This document shows, piece after piece, positions 40,144 through 54,355 of a DNA stretch of 64,000 nt. The DNA lies in NCBI GenBank assembly GCA_029717555.1, contig JAMDHS010000051.1, positions 1 through 64,000 of the forward strand, written 5' to 3'. The position numbers and the translations under genes were made by a program. Position 1 is the stretch's first letter; every line of letters begins with the position of its first letter. Below the pieces are notes generated by a model. That model had not been told where the DNA came from, did not search any database, and worked only from the letters and a program-made list of their open reading frames with translations. The stretch comes from Peribolospora baueri (Eukaryota).

Positions 40144-42510
40144 TTAGAAAAGCCACGGTCCTGCGTTTCGCACCCAGAAGAAAAACGTTAAGCGACAGGA
40201 AAGGTACATGAGCCTGGGACGATAACGAGAAACGTTCAAATGCTCACCCGGGATGCATCCTTGACCCGGTTCCTCCCTATGGCTCGGTACCTTGAGCACG
40301 CTCTCGTGCACCAGTTCGAGCGCCTGAGACACGTCTTCGCTCTTGACGACAAAGCTGATGTTGATCTCCGACGCGCCCTGGCTAATCATCTCAACGTTGA
40401 TCTTGCCCGACGCGAGGGTCGTGAAGATCTCCCCCGCAATGCCGACGGCGTTGACCATGTGGCGGCCGACAAGGGAGACGATGGCTAGGTCGTTGCGAAG
40501 GGAGACCTGCAAGAGGTAGAAGGTGCCAAGAGTGAGGAAAACAGGTCAAATAAATGGCCGTATGGGAAGAAGGGGGAAGGAAAGGAAGCCAGCCCCTTTA
40601 GAACGGCGCTCACCTCGCCGTACGCTTTGAGCTTCTTGGCAGCCCGCTCAATACGACGTCTCCCACACTCTTCGTGAATCGCAAGGCTGACGTTGGCAAG
40701 ACTAGTGGCCACCAGATCAACAACGACGCCCTCTCCATCGAGCACGCGAAACAGCTCCGCCAAGAATCCGTGTGACCCCGTGCGTCGATTCGAGCTGACG
40801 CTCAGGACCAGGATGTCGTCCTTGCTCGTGATCGCCGTCGGAAGGCGCCGGTGTCGTTCAGGACCATGATAGCCGTTCGCCGCGAGGAAGGCAGATGAGG
40901 GTTGATCGATGACGGCTTGGGCATCCGGACGGGCAGAGTTGGAGGCGTCCGGCATGACCAGCGTACCTGCGCCTGAGACATTCAAAACGTTCTTGACCCG
41001 AATGGGTGTTCCGTATCGGATGGCTTGGTGCATGGTGGATGGATGAATCACCTGCTCCGGTACAGCAAGAGAAGAGTGAGAAGTGCAAGTAGACCGACCT
41101 GAAAGCGTCGAAATAAGCAACCCGTCTTACCTCGCTCCCAAACGACGTCAACTCGGCCGCCTCGTCGGGCGTGATCATGGGAATGACCCGTGCCGATGGA
41201 ACCTTTCTAGGGTCGGCTGTGAACACTCCATCCACCTCCTTCCAGATTTGCAGCTCGGAAGCGCTCACTCCTACCGCACAGAGCGCAGAGCAAAGATCGG
41301 TGTACCCGCGCCCGACGCGAGTAAGCAGCGAGCCGGGGATAGGCCCAAAAAATCCTGGACGTCGAGAAGATAAAATTGACGGTCAAAGGCTTCGCCCCAC
41401 GCGCGACGGACGAGCTAATGAGTGCACTCACCTGAGACAACGGAGACATTGCCTCTCTTCTCGCATTCGCGAAGACGCTCGCCCATGGCTTGTGCTAGAC
41501 GAGAGTAGAATTCATCATCGACGGCGATCGCATCCGCACTGTCTTCAGGGGTACCAGACGTTGCAGTGAGACCGTAAACGTCTTGAACAATGGTCTCGAA
41601 AAGAGTGAGCTCTGCGGTAATGCCCTGTAGCGGGCGGGGAAGCAATCAGGAGTGAATGAGACCGTACGTGAGGACGAGAGCACGCATGAAGCGAGTCAAC
41701 AAAAGCCAAGGCCGACGCCCACCTGCTGTTGAAGAGCGGCGACGACTATGCGGCAACAAAGCCGTTCGCCAACGCCGACAACTGCATCGAGCGAGCGTGC
41801 AGAGAGCTCTCCGACGATCTAAATGCGTGGAACAGGCGAAAGACACCTAAGCATTTCGTAGGAAGCCATAAAACTCGCCCTCCAGTGTCTGCTCACTTCT
41901 GAAGCGGCCAAGAATGCTCTCAACCAGTTGCAGTCTTGTCTGATAGCCGTTTCAAGCGACTGAAGGAGCTTCAGACCCTGTTCTCCATCGCCCAAAATTT
42001 TCTCGGCCATCTGCAGATGAAAGTCCTCGACCTGAGCAATCGTCTTACGAAAGTCCACCTCGGGTGAGGGCGCGCGGGACGGGCTCCCTGGCTGGGAAGA
42101 TGTAAAGGGAGTGCCGACAGGGCTACGACTGCCATCAAGGCTCTTGAGATGAGAGGGAGGAGAGTCTACAGCTTGACGAGCAGCGAGAAGGAGGAGCGAA
42201 GTCGTTCCAGCCGCTTTGGTCGTGCCAGACAAGGCGGAGCAGACGATGACGAGTTTTGAAGTGGCGCGATACCGCCTGAGAGAAGCAATGCGAACGTCAG
42301 CATCAGCGACGACAATGTTTTAAAAGGCGAGCCAGATGCTTCAGGCGAAACGAAGGCGAGCGGAGAAGCTACGCACGGTATAATGGTCCCCGCTATTGTC
42401 GCCAGGAGCTTTCCAACACTTGTTCCGCCGTACTTTTGCACTACCCATGGCTTTCCCGGCGTCGACGACCCGAGACTGTGAATTCCGTTACTGGTTGCTG
42501 AACCAGGCAT
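40144..42510 (-). CDS. HOM3: Aspartate kinase (with ACT domains)
   Basis: WVVQKYGGTSVGK, VCSALSGTTKAAGTTSLLL, VGRGYTDLCSALCAVG, LQIWKEVDGVFTADPRKVPSAR, EAAELTSFGSE|VIHP, ACT motifs VSLVGRHM..INVEMISQGASEINIS, GPWLF*. Confidence 0.97.
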
Positions 42511-42824
42511 GGTGCTGTCAAATTACTGGATGGGATGGTAGCGGGAATGGGCCAAGAAGGACGGATGGGTGGTGAGCAGCGACCCCCATTTTGGCGGAGG
42601 TGGTATTTGATAAACTTGGCAGCCGGCAAAAGCCGACCCTGGGTAATAAGCAGAAAGCAATCCGGACCGGTGTAAGTTGATGTCATGAAGACGGCGAGCG
42701 TAGGTACAGCAGGGGATGTGAAGGGCGATAGTAGTACATGGCAAGCTAGTATCGGGTGGGAACGGTGTGGGTGTGTGAGCAGATTGCTGTGCAATGGTAT
42801 CGGAGAGTTGCGTCGCGTCGCAAG

Positions 42825-42855
42825 TCGGGATCATTCGGGGCTCGGGATTCGGGAT
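42825..42855. promoter_or_regulatory. Four tandem TCGGG half-sites in the HOM3/MET2 divergent promoter (candidate Zn2Cys6 sites)
   Basis: TCGGG at 42825, 42835, 42842 and 42849, at the midpoint of the 42511-43174 intergenic region. Confidence 0.4.
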
Positions 42856-43174
42856 TTGCTCGACGATGAGATCGATGGAAGTAAATCAACAATACCCCAC
42901 GGACTCCACCCACAAGGTCAAGCCGCATACGTTCACCCCGGCTCGGCCTCTGCGTCGATGGGCTCTTGCTACCTCCACCTCGCCAGCCGCAACCGTGCTT
43001 CTCGTACTCGCCGAAGACTGAGGCCAATGATGGTAGCGATGGCGATGCCGACGCAACAAAACCCCCACCTACCCTCCCGCGGTCGGGTACGGCATCTCGC
43101 TGACCTTCTCTCCTTACTCTCTCGTTTCGCTCACATTCCACCCTGAGCTCGCTGCCCGTCTGCGTACCCACGCC

Positions 43175-44897
43175 ATGTCCGTCTCATCCTCAGGTTTGTT
43201 TTCTCGTTCTCATTGTCCAGAAGTTATTTCTATCTCTTCGCGTTGGCCATGCTTTCGACGATTAGCTCACAACCTTGTTGCATCTTTCTCTTCTGCAGCG
43301 CTTCCTAGCGCTCCGCCACACGGCCTGAGCGCCCTTTCCTCGTTAGTAACGGGCCAATCGGTGTCTCTGATCCCCTCCTTCACTCTCGAGTCCGGCATTA
43401 CTCTGCGCGACGTGCCCGTGGCTTGGAAGACTTGGGGACGGCTCAACGAGGGTAGAGACAATTGTATGGTGCTTTGCCACGCTCTCACCGGCAGCGCAGA
43501 TGTCGAGGATTGGTGAGTTGGCCAGCAATCATCATCTGACATGGACTAGGGTTGATAGGCCAACAAACCGCATGTATTCATCTATGCCGCCAGGTGGGGC
43601 CCGGCGCTCGGCCCAGGGCGAGTCTTCGACCCGACGCGGTACTTTATCTTTTGCGGAAATGTTCTCGGTTCGCCGTACGGATCAGCCTCTCCTCTCACCG
43701 TAGATCCTACCACGGGCAAGCCTTACGGCCCTCGTTTCCCGCTTACCACGATCCGGGATGACGTACGGTGAGTGTGTTCCCGAGGCCCGAGTAGCATCTC
43801 GCTCGCGCAAGCAAAGATAGTGGCTGACATTCCTCGACTGGTCCTTTGCGTATTCCTTCATTCTCTCGGCATTCGCCCCTGCTCCTAGAATTCACAAGCT
43901 CGTCCTTGATTCCTTGGGCGTTAAATCAGTAGCAGCTGCGATCGGAGGATCGATGGGGGGAATGGCCGTTCTTGAATGGCCTCTCTGCACCCCTCCAGGC
44001 TACGTCCGACACACCGTGCCCATTGCCACCTCGGCAGCGCACAGCGCCTGGTGCATCGCTTGGGGAGAGACGCAGCGCCACAGTATATTTAATGACCCAC
44101 TCTTCCAGGACGGCGAGTATCATGCCGACAGGCCTCCGAGGGATGGGCTGGCGGTGGCGCGAATGATGGCCATGTTGATGTACAGAAGCCATAGGAGCTT
44201 CCATGACCGTTTCGGAAGGAGGGTGGGAGAGATTCGAAGGCATGCGAGCGTTTCAGGCCCTGGCGGCCCGAGGCCATCAGCCGCTCGAGTCAACCCCATC
44301 AAGGTTACTATGTCCCCTTCCTCCTCGCCACCCGCCGAACTGTCTGCTTCCCCTCCCCTGCCCTCCGTGCTACCAATGTCGGATGGCAGAGCTTTCAACG
44401 CACAAAGCTACCTGCAGTACCAAGGCGACAAGTTCAACTCGCGCTTTGACGCCAACTGCTACATTCATCTTACATACAAACTCGACACACACGACATCGG
44501 CCGCCCTCGAGCCTTTCTCGAACCTTCTTTCCCCAATTTGCCAGCCGGATCGACCCCCATATCCGACAGCATTCCTTCCGCTCTTGCTCGCCTCCCTCCC
44601 TCTCTGGTGATTGGCGTTGTCTCCGACGGTCTGTTCCTCCCGAGTGAGCAAGTCGAGCTAGCCGACGGCATACACGATTCCCAACTCGAGATGCTCGACT
44701 CGCAAGACGGGCACGATGGTTTTCTGCTCCAGTTTGAGGAGCTGAACGCCCTCATCAGTTCCTGGCTCAAAGACAGGCTACCGCATATCTACCAGGGCGT
44801 GGGCAACGGCACAGAGATCAGCCTCGCCAACGGGAAACCCAAGGACTTCCAGGTCCAGAAGTCGAGCGTATTTGGAGAAGCCGAAGTCGGATGGTAG
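43175..44897 (+). CDS. MET2: Homoserine O-acetyltransferase
   Basis: FTLESGITLRDVPVAWKTWG..CHALTGSADVEDW|WG, NVLGSPYGSASP, TIRDDVR, GGSMGGM (nucleophile Ser), SYLQYQGDKFNSRFDANCYI, SDGLF, GHDGFLL (catalytic His). Confidence 0.97.
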
Positions 44898-45492
44898 TGC
44901 TTCCGAGCGCTTCATACCCATTCCTACTTGTCTCTAGCTTTTCTTCGGGAAACATTCGTATCCGGCGGTCCTCTTGTCGCATTGGCATCTTCCTGGGTAG
45001 AATTCGCTGCCTTCCGGTCCGAACCATTCGCGAAAAGCGCTGTCCCTTGTCGTCTCTTTTGTTTTCTTAGGATGGTCCTCTACACTTTCGGTCAGCGCCC
45101 ATGTAAGCTCAACTTTTCTTCATCTCAGGCCGTCCCCGCCTGGCCAGTACAAAACAGCACCGCTGCTGGCATAAGGCGACGACGACCCATCTGAAAATGT
45201 TTTTTAGACAAATCGTGCAACCAGGTGATGGCACGGCCTCTTAACGGCCGAAGAAGGAAACAGAAAGACGAGCCAGACGTTGTTTTCTGTTTCCGACTCT
45301 CGGTTGTCCCTGTCCTAGAGTCCTCCACAACTTTCCCGATGCGCACGCGGCATCGGACGAGCCAAATTTCAAATCTATTTAAAAGCACTGTTTCTTCTAT
45401 CCATACAGGAAGGCGTGCTCTTTCCCCCTTTGTTGTCCCAGGTGAGCCCAAAAATGATAGAGTGGTCTCATAGATTCCTCCAAAAAGTCATC

Positions 45493-47251
45493 TCAGGCCG
45501 TCTCTGGCGCTTGGGGCGCGCTCGGGTTGAAGGTCACGGCTTGCAGGGGCGACGTATTGACGCTGAGTTGGCTGTACCGAGTCGTAACACAGAGGAGAAC
45601 AAGCACGAGCAAATTTCATCAGCATCCTCGCTATATAAGTGAAATCTAAGGTGAACGAGTTAGAGAGGTATGGTGGAATACTCACAAGACGTCAGGGCGG
45701 CTGTAGTGCCCGGTGGCGTCGTGGTCCATCTAAGTGCCGTGAGCGTTTTAGCAAGGGTTTGTTGAGATCGAGTGACAGCGAACGAAGATGGCAAACAAAC
45801 GCGTAAAACGTGAGCAGATGTCTAGCGGGGAGCACCGATCAATGAAAGAATAGGGCTTTGCTGTTACAGCTGCCACTCACACGTGCCTCCCACAGCTCAG
45901 CCATATCTATCTCAGCCATGATGATCGCCTCCTTGTCCCACACCGGCTCGGTCACGCACGTGCCAAGTGGGCCTGCAATGAATGAGCCCCCACGCGAGAC
46001 GATGTCTTCTGGAGACCATGCCTGACCGTCATCTTTGGTCTCGCCGGGCAAGAATGGCGGGTAATCCGAGGGAAAATCTTTTACCTGGAATAGATAAGTG
46101 GAAATGAGGAATGGGCAGGGTGAGCCGATTATGACGACGAGACCATGTCTTCAGAAGATAAGGAGAGAAATAGAAAGACGTACCTGCAAGAACTGGTTCA
46201 CAGAAACGACGAAGCATCGTCCCTCTTTCGCGATGTGCTGCATGGACGCAGTCCAAGCTGGAAGGTCGTCCGCATTAGGCGCGAGGTAGATGCTGGGCAA
46301 GGATAGATGGAGGGATGGCGGTAAAGCCACCACAATGTTAATACTATAGAAGACAAATGGCGAAGAGGACGGATGGAGTAATCTGAAGCGTACTTACTCA
46401 ATGTGCTGCTGGTAAAGCGCCATTCGCGCAGCAGGCATGTAGTTTTCCCAGCTGTTGGAAAGAAAGAGTGAAAGCACGCTCAGTATCATACTTATAGATA
46501 TATGGTAAGTACTGGAAAGAGGACGCAATGAAACCTTGACGTACCATATCAGCCCGCCAACCTTTCCGAGTTCAGTGTCCACCACCTTGAGACCGTCACC
46601 TCCACCGAAGCCCCAGACGAGTCTCTCGATAGCGGTAGGCATCAACTGTGCTCCGAAGGTAAGGAAAGCAGACGGGCGGGTAAGAGGCGACGTCCACTGG
46701 AGGAGTCGCCTTGGCCCCCCTCACTCACCTTTCTGTGCTTGCTCAACATCTTTCCATCGCGCCCCCATATCACCATTGTGCAGTACAGAGTCGAGCCCTC
46801 CTTTTCGATGATCCCCACGTGTAGAAGCACGTCGTTATCGCGTGCGATCTGGCCTAGCTGGTCGAACTCGGGCGAAGGGATCGCGACGGAGCTCGCGTGG
46901 TACTTTGCAAACCACTTCCTCCCGCGAGGGCGGCGCCAGCCTATGGTGGAGTCGAATGCATATTGCCAGGGGTATGCGGAGACGAAGGCCTCGCTGCCGG
47001 ATGGAAGATAATGGAGAAGGTTAAGGGGCGGAAACGAGAGAGAGGCAAAGGGAGAAGGAAGTGTCAGAAATGGGGAGCTCAAACGGAAGACGACCCCGAA
47101 GCACCTTCTGTGCTCACGGAAAGACGACCAAGTTCGCCCCTTGGCTTGCTGCCTCTGCCGTCAGTTTTGCGACCCTTTCGATCGTTGCTGGAAGATCGAA
47201 GGAGACGGGCGCCGCTTGAATGGCGGCGATCTTGAGCTTGCGCGAAGACAT
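45493..47251 (-). CDS. Nitrilase (branch 1, plant NIT4-like)
   Basis: [28 protein letters not shown] (Glu), [18 protein letters not shown] (Lys), GGLIC|WENYMP (Cys), [37 protein letters not shown]; complete Glu-Lys-Cys triad. Confidence 0.93.
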
Positions 47252-47941
47252 GGTGAAGGAAGGTAGGTGACGTCGAAGAGGACGATAGAGGAGAGATGCT
47301 GCCCAGACGCGTAGTTATGGCTTATGGGCCGGCAACGATAAGCACTTTGTCCCACCACATATTTTCCGTCCCGACCACTGCGACGTTCGCGACGGGTGGT
47401 GATCGCGATCCGCAGGGCAAAGGCCGAGCTCAGGTCAAACACCGATAAGCGACGCCTCCGGGACGGGACAAGCGACTGTTGGTAAAGTGTCGAGTGCGTT
47501 TGCCATCCCATACCCTCGCAGCTTGCCTCTCCGAGGCTCTCACCCGAGATCCAATCCCATTACCCACCCAAATACGAGCTTGCGCTCAATGAACGCGGTG
47601 TCGTGGCGTCGCGCTCGCTCACCCTCAAGGCAACGCAAGAAATGAAAATTTCAACGTCGACGAAAGGGGTAACTCAAACTAAGCTAGACTGGACGAGACT
47701 ACAGAAGGGAAATATAGAAAGCTACAGAAAGACATTGTAGAATGAACTAAGTGTCAACTCTCACTAAAGAACGCAAACATGCTTCCACCCCGCTTTGGCC
47801 TTTTTCTAAAGCACCTCAAAAGTGGCCTTCGCCTTCCTCTTCATATCGATCGTCGCCTTCCGTCCTTCCCTTGCCGCCTTCACAGCTGGATGGCGGCATC
47901 GCCGTATCTCTGCACTCGTCCTTTCCGAAAACTCGGGAAGC

Positions 47942-49498
47942 TCAAGCGTTGGAGCGACGGCTCACAAGGAAGCCGGAGAAATCACCGACGGGAAGCGAGA
48001 AAGGGAAGCCAACCGAGGCAACGAGCTGGACAAGGGTGAGGTAGAGCGCGCCGATGGAGGCACCAAACAAAGCCCCGCCTGCCGTCTGTGATAGGGGAGG
48101 GAGAGGTAACGTAAGCTCGTCTACGGTCACCAAAAGGCACGATGAGGCGCAAGAAAGAGCGTGCAATTTGGATCGCGCTGCGCCACAGATAGAGCAGAAA
48201 TGTCCAGACTCACGTGAATCAGCGCGACCGCTTTGGCGGCGTCGTGCTGAGAGACCGTGAAGTAAGCACTGCCGAGAGACGCGAGGGCGACAGTGACCCA
48301 GAAGTTGATCCTGCAGGCGAAAAGGTGGGTGGGCCATAGTCGCGAGCAATCAAAAGACGGTTGAACAGGGGCCCATAAACAAGGACGATTCAACACGAAC
48401 ACAAATAGACGCACCACAAGAAAGCGAAATTGGTGCGGACGGAGACCAGCGTGAACACGAAGCATACCACAGCCCACGAGAGAAAGTACACGCCTGTCAT
48501 GAATCAGTGTGTTCAGATCAGCTAATAGCTCGCCACGGCGATGGAAGGAAATGGGTGGTGCAAGGGGGGCGACGGTATATACTGACCGACTCCGGAATTG
48601 TATGCGACAGTGGTGGCACCCTCTGCGCCGGCGATATTGTGCATGGGGTCAACGAGCAGGCCAATGGAGAGGAACAGACCACCTGTATTTGCGGATAAGA
48701 AACAAAAATTGCGGGTCAGCTGGCGGCCGACATTCAAGAGGGTGAAATGAAAACGAACCAAAGGTGAAGAATACGACGAAGGGGAAAGCTGTAGGAGACA
48801 GTGATGAACCCGCAAGCAAGTAAAGGTGAGCAAAGTTTGAAATGGCAAAATGGATATGCAGGAACCTACTATTTCCAAGGATCCATTCAAGAATGCCGCT
48901 GACGAAAAGCGAAGGACCGCTGAGGAGGTAGAGCATCCCACTAGGAGTAAGGGTATGGGGGACGGGGGATGAAGAACAACAGAAGAGCAATGAGCGCGCG
49001 AAAAGTCGGCCTCAAGGCTGGGCATAGAATATGTGACTTACGACAGGACAGGAAGACTTTCGTTGCTCGCTCCCTGGAAGCCGCAAAGCTGGCCACCAAG
49101 AGACATCAAAGTCTGCAAAGGTAATCACATCGATGTGTCAGACAGTCGACTTTTGCATTAAAATAACGAATGCGATAGGTTGGCCTCGAAGGGACCCAAT
49201 ACTTGAGTCCAAGGCAAAAACGGGAAACGTACGATGGTAAGCACAGAAACGGCCACCGGCGTCGGATTGCCAAAACGTTGCTTCAGGTCGCCAAGTGGGG
49301 CTGGGCCAGAGTGGAGGTAAAGCTTGTCAACCTGAGACGGCGAAATGTAGATGGGTGTCTGAAGGCAGATGCGAGATGAAGAGATAAGCAAACAGTAAAG
49401 ATGGCCAGGAGAGGCAATAGAATTTTGCTAACCGCGTGCACATTGTGGTTAGGACCCTTTTCGACGTCGGAAGGGCCGTTTTGCGCGGCAGAAGACAT
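47942..49498 (-). CDS. GPR1/FUN34/YaaH (Ato/SatP) acetate/ammonia transporter, AlcS-like
   Basis: ISPSQVDKLYLHSGPAPLGDLKQRFGNPTPVAV, GPSLFVSGILEWILGNS, YNSGVG, LRTNF, FPFSLPVGDFS; multiple TM exons. Confidence 0.85.
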
Positions 49499-50500
49499 GT
49501 TACGTTGGTTTTGCGAGTGGAAGAGCCCTGTCTGAGCACGGGCGGTCAAGCGCGAGTACGATGGTCAAGTGGTCCTTAATGGAGATGACGAACACGGGGC
49601 GAAGGGCCTAGCAGGCACGTTATATGCGTATCTGAGCCCTCGGTACGAGGGCTTTTTCCTCCCGGACGGGGGCCCCTCCCCTTGCTTGCGCATCCTATGG
49701 AGCCACAAGGCACACCAGCTGGAAAGCCGCTAAGAGCGCTGTCTGGGACTCTGGGAGGTTGATCGTGAGCGCGAGGTTGAGTCTGAGCGTGACTGCGAGC
49801 AGTGACAGATCTGTGGACACTGAGGCGCCAGGATGGCTTGCTGGCTGCGAGCCACTAGCGGTAGCTCTGGAAGAGATAAAGGAGCACGTCTATCAGTGGA
49901 GCATATCGCTCCAGTCCACAATCGCTCTGCAGCCCGTATCACTCTGCGTCTGCGTTTGCGACAAAGGCCGAGAATGGTGGAGTTGGTGGAAGAAGACGAG
50001 GTCGGACGACGGCCGCTTCCCGTCCCCGACCGGGCTTTGTTTGACTCGGATCGGACGCGTCCAAGGCCGAACGCCGAACGCCGGCGACATCGCGCACGGA
50101 CCGGACGGCTCCGACTCTTCGCATTCCATCTCCAACGACGGACGATGTTTGTGGTTCATTAAAGCCGCCCCCGCAGACTTGGAAGTGCTCACATCTTACT
50201 CCTGATAAGGCATCGCCGACTATCTTCGCGGCTTCCCCCGAGAGCAAAGGCCGACCCGGCCCGGAGCAACGTCCGGGGGCGAACTTCGACGTGGACGTTC
50301 CCAGGATGGCGGCCGAGACGCTGTCGAGGTGACGAGCACAGATAGGAGGGGTGGACAGACAGAGAGATAGATGGAAGGTGGCTGGACTGACCAGGGTATA
50401 ACTGCAGCTCTTTCTTGCCCACCTTTTCCTCCCTCATCTCCACCCGCTCTCTTCTCTCGACAGTCCCCGTGAACGCAAACACTACCCTACCACACCCATC

Positions 50501-52598
<2,098 letters not shown>

Positions 52599-54355
52599 TG
52601 GTCCGACGAGACGAGACCAGACGAGACCGTACCGTACGGTGACGCATAACCCAGATTACCCCGTGTTCCGATTCTTTTCCTGCTTGAGACTTGATCGCTC
52701 TCCATTTGTACTTCTGTCTGTCCAAAGTGTACGCGTTCTTTTCTTCTGTTTGGCTCTTCGCCTCTTGTTTCTTCCTGAATTCAATCGGAGAACGGTTTCC
52801 AATGAACGCGGGCCTGCTATTCGAGGGCGTTTCCTGAATTCAATCGGAGAACGGTTTCTGTAACGGTTAGGAGGTTGCAGGGCAAGGTATGGGCGAGTTA
52901 ACGTGTGACGAGCGGAGTGACCGTGTCGAGAAGGAGGTGCCGATGCCGAAGGCTCATGCCGAAGGCTCAGATTTGAGGAGTGCTCTTGACTTCTTGACCT
53001 TCTCTGCCGCTGGACGTCCGTATTGGCTTCGTCCGGTGCTTGTCGCTCTATAACATCATGAACGCGGGCGTGCTATTCGAGGGCGATTCCCAAAAAGACT
53101 TTGAGTCGACTCGACTCGACCAGACCAAACCAAACCAGACCGTACCATATGGTGATGCAAACCAGATAACTGCGTGTTCCGATCCTTTTCACGGAGGGGA
53201 AGAAGCAAGGCGACAGCGGGGGAAGGAGAAAGAGAAGCTTACTGTACTGCGTGCAGGGACGATGACGCCATTCACGTCGTCGTTGTTCTAGAACTCTTCC
53301 TGCCTGGCTCGCTCGCTCGCTCGCTCACCTGCCCCTCGCACGGCCTCTTACCGCCGGAATGGGAAAATGGGAATGGGAATGGGAAGGAGAGGCTACGGGA
53401 GTTATCCGAGGTGGCAAGGTGCGCTTTGAGTTGGCTTTGGCTTTGGCTTTGGGTTGGCGGTTGGCTATCTATGCGGTCGATCGGGCGGATGTATCGGTGG
53501 GGGTTAGGACATGTGGTCATCGTCGTGGTTGGTCGCCGTGGTGGTTATCGTGGTGGTCGCGTCGACATGGCCATCGACCACCGCCCGCCGCCCATCGCCG
53601 ATTTTCTACGGACTTTACTCGCCACGATTGCGCCCGGCATAGAAGCCTCGCTCGACACATTGTTGCCTGCCTGGATCTATTCCGAGCCGGGCCACGTCTC
53701 GCCTTTCCACGCGGGTGCACGTGCTCGTCCATGTGCAGTATCTGGTTAGCGGCATCTCCACGTCCCCGACAATGACCGACTACCGACTAGCCTCATGCAC
53801 CACATCTCCTTCTCCATATGGCCCCGTCCTCGCGCGCCGAATGCGCCATGAGGTGGGCGGCCATGCGCGGCGGGGTTGTCATGATGGAAGCCATGCGGCG
53901 TGTCCTCGTCGTACACACCTCACACAGCCGGCCCACGTCCTGCCACTCACCCTCCTCTCCGTCCTCGTCCGGCCGGCTAAGCAGATCAGGCCCACTCCTC
54001 CTTATTATCCAGCGCTGGGCGTCCTCGTGTTCGACATGCCATTGCCATTGCCCATTTGCCGTATGCCATGCCATAGATAGCCCTTTTCACCGTCCCCGCT
54101 CCTCCACGGAGGGAGTCAGATCAGATGGCCGGCTGGTGAGCGAGCGACAGAATGAATGAACGAATGGACGAGCGAGCGCGACCGACGGCAAATAAAGAAG
54201 GACATATATAGACAGCACACGCCTCGACTCGACTTGACTACTCTTCCACAGCAATCTTTCTTTTTCCTCTTTTTCGTCTTTCTTCTTCTGCTCCTTCTTC
54301 TACTACTACTTCTCTCTCTACCCTCCTTCTCCAGCCACGCAATTCTCCTACCGAT

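Noticed and set aside
43175..44897. Serine O-acetyl/succinyltransferase (Cys2-type), which would imply a beta-cyanoalanine route
   Set aside because: CHALTGSAD and GGSMGG motifs match Met2-type homoserine acetyltransferases, and the neighbours are homoserine-pathway genes.
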